Assembly (NCBI GenBank): GCA_964016885.1 | Contig: OZ024752.1 | Span: 41,726,001 to 41,790,000, forward strand | Source of the DNA: Eledone cirrhosa | Lineage: Eukaryota | DNA: 64,000 bases | Direction: 5' to 3' | Shown here: positions 1 through 14,070 of the stretch, one piece after another | How positions within the stretch are numbered: the stretch's first letter is position 1 | Layout: every line of letters begins with the position of its first letter | Position numbers and translations under genes: made by a program | The notes under the pieces: model-generated | Told to the model about the DNA's origin: nothing | Database searches by the model: none | Seen by the model: only the letters and a program-made list of their open reading frames with translations

Positions 1-700
1 GAAGAACAACTGTGAGCAACTCAAAGAGAGAGAAAGTTAACGCTGGTATTAATGTCAATGATCTCCTTCAGCCAACATCTAGCTTACTCAATGAATCTGC
101 CGAATTATATATATGTGATGTGCATGGACGATGACCGCTGGGTAAAGAAGTGCCAAGAAATCCCAGTAGAAGGAAGACGCAGTAGAGGTAGACCACGTAA
201 AACATGGGCGGAGGTGGTGAGAGCAGACCTCAGATTGCTGAAACTCACTGAGGAGATGACAAAGGACCGTGCATGACAAGTGGAGAGATAAATAAACAGC
301 AAAAAAACACCGGGAAACAACAAACCGAAGAGGGAAACCCGAAGCACATCTGTGAGCAACTCAAAGAGAGAGAAAGTTAACGCTGGTATTAATGTCAATG
401 ATCTCCTCCAGCCAACATCTAGCTTACTCAATGAATCTGCCGAATTATACATATGTGATGCGCATGGAGGATGACCGCTGGGTAAAGAAGTGCCAAGAAA
501 TCCCAGTAGAAGGAAGACACAGTAGAGGTAGACCACGTAAAACATGGGCGGAGGTGGTGAGAGCAGACCTCAGATCGCTGAAACTCACTGAGGAGATGAC
601 GAAGGACCGTGCGTGACAAGTGGAGAGATGCTGTGCTAAGTAGGACCCGTCCAACCCTTGCAAGCAGGGAAAAGCGGATGTAAAATGATGATGATGATAT
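1..700 (+). mobile_element. RTE-clade LINE 3' fragment, tandemly duplicated with its flank (340-bp period)
   Basis: Encodes VMRMEDDRWVKKCQEIPVEGRRSRGRPRKTWAEVVRADL (RTE ORF C-terminus, same family as 46088-46600). TGTGAGCAACTC recurs at 11 and 351. Second copy ends in ...GGAAAAGCGGATGTAAAA(TGA)n. Confidence 0.85.
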
Positions 701-927
701 ATATATACATACATATGATGTTTGGATGATGAACTGTCAAAAGGCTATAATGGAGGCTACTGGAAAGATCCTTCCTCCACCCACCACCCATTACCTTAGT
801 TATTGACGCATTGGGGTGAGATAAGTGAAATACTTTTTTTTTACTCTCTCTCTCTCTCTCTCTCTCTCTGTGAATAAGATGAATGAATGCACAAATGAAT
901 GAATAATAGAAATAAGGCACATAAATA

Positions 928-1463
928 GAAGGCAAAGAAGGCGAAGAAGAAGGCGAAGAAGAAGAGGGAAAAGAAGGCGAAGAAGAAGGCGAAGAAGAAG
1001 AGGGAAAAGAAGGCGAAGAAGGCGAAGAAGAAGAGGGAAAAGAAGGTGAAGAAGAAGAAGAATAATAAGAAGAAGAAGAAGAAGAAGAGGGAAAAGAAGG
1101 CGAAGAAGAAGGCGAAGAAGAAGAGGGAAAAGAAGGCGAAGAAGGCGAAGAAGAAGAGGGAAAAGAAGGTGAAGAAGAAGAAGAAGAAGAAGAAGAAGAA
1201 GAAGAAGAAGAAGAAGAAGAAGAAGGAGAAGAAGAAGAAGAGGGAAAAGAAGAAGAAGAAGAAGAAGAAGAAGAAGAAGAAGAAGAAGAAGAAGAAGAAG
1301 AAGGCAAAGACAAAGAAGAAGAAGAAGAAGAAGAAGGAGAAGAAGAAGAAGAAGAAGAAGAAGAAGAAGAAGAAGAAGAAGAAGAAGAAGAAGAAGAAGA
1401 AGAAGGCAAAGACAAAGAAGAAGAAGAAGAAGAAGAAGAAGAAGACAAAGACAAAGAAGAAGG
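928..1463. repeat. (GAA)n-rich microsatellite
   Basis: Imperfect GAA repeats with GGC/GGG interruptions; source of the poly-K/S/F ORFs. Confidence 0.95.
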
Positions 1464-1724
1464 AGGTGAGATCACTATGACTATAACTATAGACCAGAAG
1501 CTGATGATGATGATGATGACAACGATGCTGATGATGATGATGACAAGGAGGCTGGGAAGAAAATCTGTCTGTCACAGCAGGCTTTAAATTGTAATTGTTG
1601 TCGCTTCCAGTGTGATCTGTCCACAGACTGTGTACAGGGTGGCTGGGTGGTGCTGTATGGGGGTGGCTGAAAGGGAAGGGACGGGCAGTGTCTTACTGCT
1701 TGTGTGTGAGGAAGAGGGGAGATA

Positions 1725-1848
1725 GGGAGGGAGCATAGCTTAGAGAGAGGGAGGGAGCATAGCTTAGAGAGAGGGGGAGGGAGCATAGCTTAGAGAGAGG
1801 GAGGGAGCATAGCTGAGAGAGAGGGGGAGGGAGCATAGCTTAGAGAGA
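1725..1848. repeat. Short minisatellite, about 25-bp unit, about 5 copies
   Basis: GGGAGGGAGCATAGCTTAGAGAGA repeated. Confidence 0.85.
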
Positions 1849-2154
1849 GTACTCCCCCACCCTGACTGACTGATGGAGAGGAGACATGGCTTAGTGAGAT
1901 AGAGAGGGAGGGGGGGGAAATAAGTTAGGTGTGTGGGGGTGGAGGGGCAAGGGAAGGGAGCAGCGTCTTACTGTGTGTGTGTGTGTGTGTGTGTGGAGGA
2001 GGGGGGAGAGGGAGGGAGCATAACTTAGAGAGAGAGAGAGTGCTCTCCACTCCCACCCCCCACCCGACTGACTGATGGATGGATGGGAGTTAGGGCGGGA
2101 GGGGGGTGACAGGTGGAAGGAGAATAGGAGCAGTGTTTGTGGAGGGACATGGCT

Positions 2155-3315
2155 TAGAGAGATAGAGAGAGGGGTGAGAGAGAAGAGAGAGAGGGTGAGA
2201 GAGAGAAGAGAGGGTGAGGGTGAGAGAGAAGAGAGAGAGGGTGAGAGAGAGAAGAGAGAGAGGGTGAGAGAAAGAAGAGAGAGAGGGTGAGGGAGAAGAG
2301 AGAGAGGGTGAGAGAGAGAAGAGAGAGAGGGTGAGAGAAAGAAGAGAGAGAGGGTGAGGGAGAAGAGAGAGAGGGTGAGAGAGAGAAGAGAGAGAGGGTG
2401 AGAGAGAGAAGAGAGAGAGGGTGAGAGAGAGAATAGAGAGAGGATGAGAGAAAGAAGAGAGAGAGGGTGAGGGAGAAGAGAGAGAGGGAGGTGAGAGAGA
2501 GAAGAGAGAGAGGGTGAGAGAGAAGAGAGAGAGGATGAGAGAAAGAAGAGAGAGAGGGTGAGAGAGGGTGAGAGAGAAGAGAGAGGGTGAGAGAGAGAAG
2601 AGAGAGAGGGTGAGAGAGAAGAGAGAGAGGGGTGAGAGAGAGAAGAGAGAGAGGGTGAGAGAGAAGAGAGAGAGGGTGAGAGAGAGAAGAGAGAGAGGGT
2701 GAGAGAGAAGAGAGAGGGGGAGAGAGAGAAGAGAGAGAGGTGTGAGAGAGAAGAGAGAGAGGGTGAGAGAGAGAAGAGAGAGAGGGTGAGAGAAAGAAGT
2801 GAGAGAGGGTGAGAGAGAGAGAGAGAGAGGATGAGAGAAAGAAGTGAGAGAGGGTGAGAGAGAGAAGAGAGAGAGGGGGAGAGAGAGAAGAGAGAGAGGG
2901 TGAGAGAAAGAAGTGAGAGAGGGTGAGAGAGAGAAGAGAGAGAGGGGGAGAGAGAGAAGAGAGAGAGGGTGAGAGGAGAAGAGAGAGAGGGTGAGAGAAA
3001 GAAGTGAGAGAGGGTGAGAGAGAAGAGAGAGGGGGAGAGAGAGAAGAGAGAGAGGGTGAGAGAGAAGAGAGAGAGGGTGAGAGAGAGAAGAGAGAGAGGG
3101 TGAGAGAGAGAAGAGAGAGAGGGTGAGAGAGAGAAGAGAGAGGATGAGAGAAAGAAGAGAGGGAGGGTGAGAGAGAAGAGAGAGAGGGTGAGAGAGAAGA
3201 GAGAGAGGGTGAGAGAGAAGAGAGAGAGGTTGAGAGAGAGAGAGGGTGAGAGAGAGAAGAGAGAGAGGGTGAGAGAGAGAGAAGAGAGAGAGGGGGAGAG
3301 AAGAGGGGGAGAGAG
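2155..3315. repeat. GA-rich polypurine degenerate repeat
   Basis: GAGAGAGGGT/GAGAAGA motifs over about 1.1 kb. Confidence 0.95.
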
Positions 3316-3470
3316 GAATAAGGTAGGTGTGTAGTGGTGGTGGTGGTGGGGAACAGTATACTACTATTTTATGGAGGAGTATGACTTAAAGAGAGAAGTA
3401 CTCCCACCCCACCTTCGGCTAACTCAGTAGAGACAGGTGGTCCCAGAAGGAAGTAGGAGTGAAACTACTG

Positions 3471-3521
<51 letters not shown>

Positions 3522-3563
3522 GGGGAGGGGTACAAGCTTAGTGAGAGAGAGAGATGGGGGAGA

Positions 3564-5410
3564 GGGGATGGCTAAGGGGTAGGGTGGAATAGGATGGCAA
3601 AGTGGTAAGGTGGGATGGATGGCTAAAGGGTAGGGTTCGATGGGATGGCTAAGGGGTAAGGTGGGATGGGATGGCTAAGGGTAAGGTGGGATGGGATGGC
3701 TAAGGGGTAAGGTGGGATGGGATGGCTAAAGGGTAGGGTTCGATGGGATGGCTAAGGGGTAAGGTGGGATGGGATGGCTAAGTGGTAAGGTGGGATGGGA
3801 TGGCTAAGTGGTAAGGTGCGATGGGATGGCTAAGTGGTAAGGTGCGATGGGATGGCTAAGTGGTAAGGTGGGATGGGATGGCTAAAGGGTAGGGTTCGAT
3901 GGGATGGCTAAGGGGTAAGGTGGGATGGGATGGCTAAGTGGTAAAGTGTGATGGGATGGCTAAAGGGTAGGGTTCGATGGGATGGCTAAAGGATAGGGTT
4001 CGATGGGATGGCTAAGGGTAAGGTGGGATGGGATGGCTAAGGAGTAAGGTGGGATGGGATGGCTAAGTGGTAAGGTGTGATGGGATGGCTAAAGGGTAGG
4101 GTTCGATGGGATGGCTAAAGGGTAGGGTTCGATGGGATGGCTAAGGGGTAGGGTTCGATGGGATGGCTAAGGGGTAAGGTGGGATGGGATGGCTAAGGAG
4201 TAAGGTGGGATGGGATGGCTAAGTGGTAAGGTGTGATGGGATGGCTAAAGGGTAGGGTTCGATGGGATGGCTAAGGGGTAAGGTGGGATGGGATGGCTAA
4301 GGAGTAAGGTGGGATGGGATGGCTAAGTGGTAAGGTGTGATGGGATGGCTAAAGGGTAGGGTTCGATGGGATGGCTAAGGAGTAGGGTTCGATGGGATGG
4401 CTAAGGGGTAAGGTGGGATGGGATGGCTAAGGGGTAAGGTGGGATGGGATGGCTAAAGGGTAGGGTTCGATGGGATGGCTAAGGGGTAAGGTGGGATGGG
4501 ATGGCTAAGTGGTAAAGTGTGATGGGATGGCTAAAGGGTAGGGTTCGATGGGATGGCTAAAGGATAGGGTTCGATGGGATGGCTAAGGGGTAAGGTGGGA
4601 TGGGATGGCTAAGGAGTAAGGTGGGATGGGATGGCTAAGTGGTAAGGTGTGATGGGATGGCTAAAGGGTAGGGTTCGATGGGATGGCTAAAGGATAGGGT
4701 TCGATGGGATGGCTAAGGGGTAAGGTGGGATGGGATGGCTAAAGGGTAGGGTTCGATGGGATGGCTAAGGGGTAAGGTGGGATGGGATGGCTAAGTGGTA
4801 AAGTGTGATGGGATGGCTAAAGGGTAGGGTTCGATGGGATGGCTAAAGGATAGGGTTCGATGGGATGGCTAAGGGGTAAGGTGGGATGGGATGGCTAAGG
4901 AGTAAGGTGGGATGGGATGGCTAAGTGGTAAGGTGTGATGGGATGGCTAAAGGGTAGGGTTCGATGGGATGGCTAAAGGATAGGGTTCGATGGGATGGCT
5001 AAGGGGTAAGGTGGGATGGGATGGCTAAAGGGTAGGGTTCGATGGATGGCTAAGGGGTAAGGTGGGATGGGATGGCTAAGTGGTAAGGTGCGATGGGATG
5101 GCTAAAGGGTAGGGTTCGATGGGATGGCTAAAGGATAGGGTTCGATGGGATGGCTAAGGGGTAAGGTGCGATGGGATGGCTAAGGGGTAAGGTGGGATGG
5201 GATGGCTAAGGGGTAAGTTGGGATGGGATGGCTAAGTGGTAAGGTGCGATGGGATGGCTAAGGGGTAAGGTGCGATGGGATGGCTAAGGGGTAAGGTGGG
5301 ATGGGATGGCTAAGGGGTAGGGTGGGATGGGATGGCTAAGGGGTAAGGTGGGATGGGATGGCTAAGGGGTAAGGTGGGATGGGATGGCTAAAGGATAGGG
5401 TTCGATGGGA
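3564..5410. repeat. 26-bp G-rich minisatellite, about 70 copies
   Basis: Unit GGGATGGCTAAGGGGTAAGGTGGGAT with variants ...AAAGGGTAGGGTTCGAT and ...AAGTGGTAAGGTGTGAT. Confidence 0.95.
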
Positions 5411-5872
5411 CGGGAGGACAAGGAAAAGGAAGCAGTACACCCTAATGTTTGGACAAACTTGGGAAGGCCAAGAAAGGGGTTGGTGTGTCAAGCTTATAGC
5501 TAACATAGAAAGGGCCCAGCCACGCCCTTCCTCCACATCGATGGTGACTGATGACGGGGTGCGGTGGGGGCTTGGGGTGCGGATGGGAGAGACGGTGGAG
5601 GAAAGGTACTGGTAGGTGGCGGCGGCGGGGGGGGGGGGGGGCGTCACATCGATGGTGACTGAGTGACAGCAGGGTGGGTGTTGGTGGTTGTGGAGAGGGG
5701 GGAGGGTTGACCACGATGGGGATGGGAGAGATGGTGGAGGAAGGGTAGGTTACTGGTGGAGAAGGTAGAGGGGAAAGACTGCTCCCCCCCCCCCAGCCGC
5801 CATCACTTTCTCACTCCACCCTACCCTCCCATCATCATCATCCTCCCAAAGGTAACCTAGAGTTTATTAATG

Positions 5873-6178
5873 TCACACACATACACATACATACATGGAC
5901 ACACACATACATACATACACATACATACAGACACACACATGCACACATACAGAGACATACACATGCACACATACACACACACATACATACATATACATAC
6001 ATGGACACACGAAGACACACACATGCACACATACAGAGACACACACACATACAGACAGACACACACATACATACATACAGACACACACATACATGTATGC
6101 ATGGACACACATACAGACACACACATACATACATACATACATACATACAGACACACACATACACACACATACAGACAC

Positions 6179-6211
<33 letters not shown>

Positions 6212-8185
6212 TACATACAGACACACACATGCATACATACAGAGACATACACATGCACACATACACACACACATACATACATATACATACATGGACACAC
6301 GAAGACACACACATGCACACATACAGAGACACACACACATACAGACACACACATACATACATACAGACACACACATACATACATACAGACACACACATAC
6401 ACACATACACGGACACACATACAGACACACACATGCACACATACAGAGACACACACACACATACATACAGACACACACATACACACATACATACATACAG
6501 ACACATACATACAGACACACACATACATACAGACACACACATACACACATACAGACACACACATACATGTATGCATGGACACACACATGCAGATATCACA
6601 TGCATGTACATGCACACGTGCACTGGCTGCCAACTTTATGATCAGAGTAAGTCAGTGAAGGGGTGGGAGGAAGGGGCATGGAGAGGAAGGAGGAGATGGG
6701 GGAGGGGTGGGGGGTAAATAGAAGGATAAAGAAGTGGTACACGAGAGAGAGAGAGAGAGAGAGTGAGAGTGAGAGAGAGAGAGAGATAGAGAAAGAGTGA
6801 CTGAGTGAGAGAGAGTGAGGGTAGGGAGAGAGAGAGAGAGTGAGGTAGATAGATAAGATATCAACAGACAGATGGACAGAATGGACAGACAGACAGACAG
6901 ACAGATGGACAGACAGACAGACAGACAGACAGATGGACCGACAGACAGATGGACAGACAGACAGATGGACGGACAGACAGACAGACAGATAGATAGATCC
7001 ATTAGCTATAGATAGATACATAGATAAAAAAAATATTTATATATATATATATGGAAGGCACCTATATATATAGATATATATATATATAGAGAGGGTGAGG
7101 GAGAGAGAGAGAGGGTGAGAGAGAGAGGGTGAGAGAGAGAGGGGTGAGAGAGAGAGAGAGGGTGAGAGAGAGAGAGAGAGAGGGTGAGAGAGAGAGAGAG
7201 AGAGGGTGAGAGAGAGAGTGAGGGTGAGAGACAGAGGGTGAGAGAGAGGGTGAGGGTGAGAGAGAGAGAGAGGGTGAGAGAGAGAGAGAGAGAGGGTGAG
7301 AGAGAGAGAGAGAGAGAGAGGGTGAGAGAGAGAGAGAGAGGGTGAGAGAGAGAGAGAGAGTGAGGGTGAGAGAGAGAGGGGGTGAGAGAGAGAGAGAGAG
7401 GGTGAGAGAGAGAGAGGAGGTGTGTGTACATATACATATATATATATTTATGTATGTGTATATATAGATATATATATAGAGAGAGAGAGAGGGTGAGAGA
7501 GAGAGAGAGAGAGGGGGGTGAGAGAGAGAGAGAGGGTGAGAGAGAGAGAGAGAGGTGTGTGTACATATACATATATATATATTTATGTATGTGTATATAT
7601 AGATATAGATATATATAGAGAGAGAGAGGGTGAGAGAGAGAGAGAGAGAGAGGGTGAGAGAGATAGAGAGAGGGTGAGAGAGAGAGAGAGAGGTGTGTGT
7701 ATATATATATATTTATGTATGTGTATATATAGATATATATATAGAGAGAGAGAGAGGGTGAGAGAGAGAGAGAGAGAGAGGGGGTGAGAGAGAGAGAGAG
7801 GGTGAGAGAGAGAGAGAGAGGTGTGTGTACATATACATATATATATATTTATGTATGTGTATATATAGATATAGATATATATAGAGAGAGAGAGGGTGAG
7901 AGAGAGAGAGAGAGAGGGTGAGAGAGAGAGAGAGAGAGGGTGAGAGAGAGAGAGAGAGGGTGAGAGAGAGAGGGGGTGAGAGAGAGAGAGAGGGTGAGAG
8001 AGAGAGAGAGAGAGGGTGAGAGAGAGAGAGAGAGAGGGTGAGAGAGAGAGAGAGAGGTGTGTGTACATATACATATATATATATTTATGTATGTGTATAT
8101 ATAGATATAGATATATATATAGAGAGAGAGGGGTGAGAGAGAGAGAGAGTGGGTGAGAGAGAGAGAGAGGGTGAGAGAGAGAGAA
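5873..8185. repeat. Compound (CA)/(TACA), (GACA)/(GATA) and (GA) simple repeats
   Basis: Direct inspection; overlapping ORFs in all frames are low complexity. Confidence 0.9.
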
Positions 8186-8314
8186 ACAGCCCCCCCCCGT
8201 TTATGATGAAAGTGAAATCCCTTAAGGGAGAGAATTCTAAAGGATGACATGACAGATGGTGTGGGTGTGGGTGTGGGTGTGGGTTCAATTTCCAACATCT
8301 TCAATAGAATTCTT

Positions 8315-8359
<45 letters not shown>

Positions 8360-8910
8360 ATGTCACTACTACTACTACTACTAATGTCACTACCACCACC
8401 ACCACCACCAACAACAACAACAACTCCACTGCTGCTGCCACTACCTCCATCACCCACCACCACCACCACCACCACCACCACCACCACTATCATCACCACC
8501 ACCACTATCATCACCAACAACACCACCACCACCATCACCACTATCACTATCATCACCACCACCACCACCACCACCACTATCACTATCACCACCAGCAACA
8601 ACAACACCACCACCACCACCACCACAACCACCACTATCATCACCAACACCACCACCACCACCTCTATCACCAACAACACCACCACCACAACCACCACTAT
8701 CATCACCAACAACACCACCACCACCACCAACACCAACACCACCACCACTATCACCACCAACAACAACACCACCACCACCTCTATCATCACCAACAACACC
8801 ACCACCATTACCACTATCACCAACAACACCACCACCACCACCACCATCACCAACAACACCACCACCACCACCATCACCAACAACATCACCAACACCACCA
8901 CCACCACCTC
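8315..8910. repeat. (CTA)n then (CAC/CAA)n trinucleotide repeats
   Basis: Direct inspection. Confidence 0.9.
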
Positions 8911-9849
8911 TGTTCCAGGTAACTTTTAATCCATAACCAGGAATGTTAAGGGCTTCATTTAGAGAATGGAATGTATGTTTACAGTTGTCAGAAAGGGTCC
9001 TATCCTTTCATCTGTGTGTGTATGAATGTATGTGTGCATGTATATATGTGTGTATATATTTATATGTGTATGTGAGCATGTATATATATATGTGTGTGTG
9101 TGTGTGTATATATCTATATGTGTATGTGAGCATGCATATATATGTGTGTGTGTGTGTATATATCTATATGTGTATGTGTGCATGCATATATGTGTGTGTG
9201 TGTGTGTGTGTATACATGTATTTATGTGTCTAGGAAAAACAGTCCTTTATTTTACCCTTGTTTCTTTACCAATATTGGATTTGTAATATGAAAGGATATG
9301 TCACTAACTATTGGTGCCCCAGCATGGCCACAGCTTCCCCCCCCCTCTCTCTGCCATCATCCAGGGTAACATGTTCTCCATTCTGTTCACTGGTACCATG
9401 GAAACAACACTAGTAAAACAGTGGAAGAACATTCAAGTAAAAATGTTTTAAAATTACTTTTTAGCAAACATATAATAGAATGGAGAAATAGCAGTAATAT
9501 ACCAGGGCTCACATTTCCCTTACATACATTCCCACACTCTACAGAGTGCACTGGGTGCATTTTATCATTGCACCAGCACTAGGGAAGTTGTCATGTCTTT
9601 GATACAACTGAAGAGTCCTGTCGACTCTTTGTTTGGCAAGTTTGTTATAGCTGGATGCCCTTCCTATCACCAATCACTTTACAGAGTGTACTGGGTACGT
9701 TTGGTTGTGGCACCAGCACCAGGAAGGTGGTTGTGCCTTTTTTACAACTGAAGAGTCCTCTCAACCCTATATCCAACAACAGAAGAGTCCTCTTGAATAT
9801 TCATATCTACTGTAATATAACATTTATCGTTGGAAGGAACTACTTTGCT

Positions 9850-10240
9850 ATAAAACTTTTTGATTTCCATGTGTCTAACACACGTGGACATGCCCACAAA
9901 GTAAGAAAACAGCACAGTTCCCATGACTTTCGGAAACATTTTTTTCATGCTCAGAGTTGCTGAAGCATGGAACAAACTACCTGCATCAGTTGTTGGCTGT
10001 CGAGACACTGCATCCTTTAAGGCCTCCATGGAACAAACTACCTGCATCAGTTGTTGGCTGTCGAGACACTGCATCCTTTAAGGCCTCTATGCTTCCCGAG
10101 ATCCGCCAACACTACAGCTAACACATACACACATGTACTTCCCTGACATTTGTGTATTATTCTATGTACTATACATACACCTTTGACGAGTTGTAGTGCA
10201 CCTGAGCACTTTACACAATAATTTCATTATTATTATTATT
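9850..10240 (+). mobile_element. CR1/L2-group LINE 3' fragment
   Basis: LFDFHVSNTRGHAHKVRKQ..RKHFF then (frameshift) LRVAEAWNKLPASVV..TASFK, matching the TRGH...FF.RV..WN.LP...FK C-terminal motif. 61-bp internal duplication (9966/10027). (ATT)n tail. Confidence 0.8.
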
Positions 10241-10706
10241 AAAATACAAGTAAAATATCAGTAAGACATATGAAGGAAAGACGTTAATCTTTGGATTGGA
10301 CAAAGGAAACTATGTTTCCATTGGTCATTGCATAGTTGATACTATTTTACAATCACAACTGCGAAAAGAAGAAAGGAGCTGATTATAAGATCAAACCAAG
10401 GGAACTAATGTTTCCACTGATCATTCAAGAGTTGATGCTATTTTACAATCACAACTGCTAAAAGAAGAAAGGAGCTGATTATAAGATCAAACCAACACAT
10501 CACCCCTCTATTGGTTCATTTATTCACCCCCCCCCCCCCCCCACCCCACCCACCCCACCCGCCCCATCCCCCACCACAACCACCCCCAGGATATAAGGCA
10601 AAGCTGACCACAGAGAACCAGAATAAAGTCTGTTAAACATTTAGTCCCATGCTCTCATGACTATTAATTTGCTATCTATAAATAACAGTTTAAAAAAAAA
10701 AAAGAG

Positions 10707-11129
10707 TTAACCCTTTAGCATTTAAATTGGTCATATCCGGCCAGAATTCTCCCCTTTCTGTTCAAACCAGCTGTAACCAGCCGCTCATACCAATGTTAAG
10801 ATATTGTTCTTAAAATAAATAATATCAAAATCTCATAGGTTCGATATTATGTGAGATAATTATGTGATATAAAGCCTCTATCATGAAAATACAATAGTAA
10901 ATATACAATAATTGTTTCTACGTTAGGCACAAGGCCAGCAATTACCCAGTGTATTACTGGTACTTTATTTTATCGACCCCATAAGGATGAAAGGCAAAGT
11001 TAACCTCGGCAGGATTTGAACTCAGAATGGCAAGGGCCGTAACTCTATGCGTCAAAGCATGGCGTCCGACACTCTACCAATACTGCCAATCCATCCAAAT
11101 ATAGAATAATGTAAATGCTAAAGGGTTTA
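10707..11129 (-). mobile_element. TTAA-flanked piggyBac-like MITE, monomer state, interrupted by a SINE
   Basis: TTAA-CCCTTTAGCATTTA ... TAAATGCTAAAGGG-T-TTAA termini. Contains a single copy of the 72/73-bp unit that forms the arrays at 47701 and 56266. Confidence 0.8.
10907..11096 (-). mobile_element. tRNA-derived SINE family B
   Basis: B-box-like GAGTTCAAATCC, core GAGGTTAACTTTGCCTTTCATCCTTA.GGGGTCGATAAAATAAAGTACCAG, tail GGCCTTGTGCC..AGAAACAATTATT. Apparent TSD AAATATA. Confidence 0.85.
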
Positions 11130-11494
11130 AAGACTACCCCCAAGGGATGAGGCTCATTAGGTCAGGGCTAAAACCAGTTTCTTTGATGTTGAGTAGCTGT
11201 GAGTTCAAGTTTCCCTCTGGACTGGATGCCTGCCCACTGCAGGGTTAATTTCAACCCCAAAGTTGCTGTGGCTGATACTCATTTTCAGCTGAATTAACTG
11301 GAGCGACATGAAATGAAGTGTTTTGCTCACTTCATTTCAGCATGCCATACATTTATTGAAGGAACTGTCAATCTATACAAGTAAAATAGACTCTGTACTA
11401 GTAAGAGATATAAATACATACACACACACACATATATATATATCGCCCTCATCATCATTTAAAGTCTATTCTCCCAGCTAGCAAAGATATATAT

Positions 11495-11537
<43 letters not shown>

Positions 11538-11859
11538 TATATATATATACACACACACATATATATCGCCCTCATCATCATTTAAAGTCTATTCTCCCAG
11601 CTAGCAAAGATATATATACACACACACACATATATATATATACACACACACACATATATATATATACACACACACATATATATCGCCCTCATCATCATTT
11701 AAAGTCTATTCTCCCAGCTAGCAAAGATATATATACACACACATATATATATATATATATATACACACTTACACATATATATATATATATGTATATATAT
11801 GTGTGTGTGTATATATATATATGTGTGTGTATGTGTGTATATATATGTATGTATAGTGC

Positions 11860-12071
11860 AAATTTATACAGGAACAAAACAGAGAGGCAGACAAATAAAG
11901 GTTTATTAGGTTCACGTTTTTGAGAGTGGAGTGTGTGTGGGGGGGGGGGAACGACGTTTCGGGCGTAAGCCCTTCTTCAGGAGTAAATAGGTTAGGAAGA
12001 GAGTTCAGAGGGTGTGTGGAAATACATCTTAAAAAAAGGGGGAAGGAGAACAAATAAAAATAAAAATAAAA

Positions 12072-12075
<4 letters not shown>
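11860..12075 (-). mobile_element. Penelope-like element 3' remnant with hammerhead motif
   Basis: Minus strand CTGAAGA-A-GGGC-TTAC-GCCC-GAAA-C-GTC (11953-11980) followed by AATAAA; homologous to 29570-29795; flanked by (TA)n. Confidence 0.6.
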
Positions 12076-12106
<31 letters not shown>

Positions 12107-12575
12107 TATACCCCACCTCACCACACCTCTCAAAGGCAATGAAACACGACCGTGACCTCTGGTGTCACGCAGTAATAGAGTACCCGACCTCCCATGGGTA
12201 CAAGCTGAAGCATATAGACAATATACCCCCACACCCACCCACTGCAAGGTGGTCGTGGAGGTGCCACGGCAAAAAAGCACCCAGCCCACACTGTAAAGTG
12301 GACATGTAGGTGCCACGAAAAAGCACCCAGCCCTCCCTGTAAATGAGGTTGGTGTTAGGAAGGACATCCAGCTGTAGAAATCAAGCCAAATCAGTTCCTG
12401 TATGAGCAAGGCATGGTCAGCCGACCAGACACTGCCCACAACAGGACAACCCGTCTAACCCATGCTAGCGTGGAAGAACGGACGTAAAACGGTGATGATG
12501 GTGATGATGATGATATATATATATATATCATCATTATCATCACCGGTTTAACATGGACGTTAAATGATGATGGTG

Positions 12576-12606
<31 letters not shown>

Positions 12607-13231
12607 TATATATATATAGAATTCACAAGAATCAAAGCTATGTTCAAAGCATTTATTCACTTACAATTGTTTCATCCAAACCTAGGCTTGAAGTCTTTGG
12701 AGCATTTTTCAATGTTTGTACACATAATTGACCTCCTTTCCAACGCAAGAGACATACAGATACATATATATATATTGATGTACAGTGGAGTGACATATAT
12801 TATACTATATTATTTCTGTATAGCAATTCAAATTCAAAATCAAAATCAAAATTAAAATTAAAATTAAAACAAAATTAAAACAAAATTAAATTAAAACAAA
12901 ATTAAAATTAAAACAAAATTAAATGGTAATAAGGTAGTAATAAATTACTGACCTTCACTGTTTAGGGTTTAAAATATACATAACTATAAAAAGTTTTAGT
13001 ATATACATAACCATAAATAGTATCCTTAATATTATATATATATATATAATATTCGGGAGCTTCCAACAGTAATGGTTGCATTCTTTAAGGGTATGTCAAT
13101 ATTTATTTATAAAACTGCTCTATATTATATTTTATCTGATGAAAGCACACCATAATTTAACTTGGTGTCCTTGAAATATGTATAATGAAATAAATATGGT
13201 TTTATAAATATAGTTTCCATTTGTTAATATC

Positions 13232-13274
<43 letters not shown>

Positions 13275-13611
13275 TAGCCATGTTGCTGGAGCCATGATAA
13301 AATACATCCAGTAGAGCCTGTAAAGTGGTAGTATTTTACAGAGTGTACCTGATACACTCTGTAAAGTAGTTAATGTTAAAAAGGGCACCCAACAGTAGAA
13401 ACACATACACATATACACATACCCTTACATTCACACACATACACACACAGATAAAAAAACACTACAAAATAATAACTTTTTTTTTTTTACTTGTAAATTG
13501 TATCTTTTACTTCTATTTCACTTAATCTTTCTTTCTTTTTCTTTGTTGAGTGCTTTATATCAGTTATAAAAATATTTGCTTGTTGTATCCCAACAATTTA
13601 AATTGAACTTT

Positions 13612-13647
<36 letters not shown>

Positions 13648-13793
13648 GTAGGAGGTGAGTTTTATTGTAGTACAATAAAGCAATGCAGATATCGGATAAG
13701 AAGCACTCTACAGTTTGTAGGACTGGAGTATATATAATATATAAGAACAAAAGATGGTTAATACATGGAACTCTTTTAACCATCTTTTGTTCT

Positions 13794-13837
<44 letters not shown>

Positions 13838-13851
13838 ATATACTGCAACAT

Positions 13852-14070
13852 GAAGGCATGTGGCTGAGTGGTTAGAGAATCGGAGTCGCAATAGTAAGGT
13901 TGTGAGTTCGATTCCTGGACCAGGCGATGTGTTATGTCCTTGAGCAAGACACTTTATTTCACGTTGCTCCTTCTACCTGGAGTTGCGAACCGATAGATAG
14001 TATTAGCAATTGGAAAGACCGACGGAAACGTTGTTCCCTCGGTCCGATTTGACGAAAGTCGATCGATTAA
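13852..14070 (+). mobile_element. tRNA-derived SINE (family A-like head, different 3' part)
   Basis: A box TGGCTGAGTGG, B box GAGTTCGATTCC, core TGTCCTTGAGCAAGACACTTTATTTCAC. Confidence 0.8.

Noticed and set aside
3564-5410. Telomeric repeat
   Set aside because: Only TAGGGTT-like substrings within a 26-bp unit; no (TTAGGG)n array.
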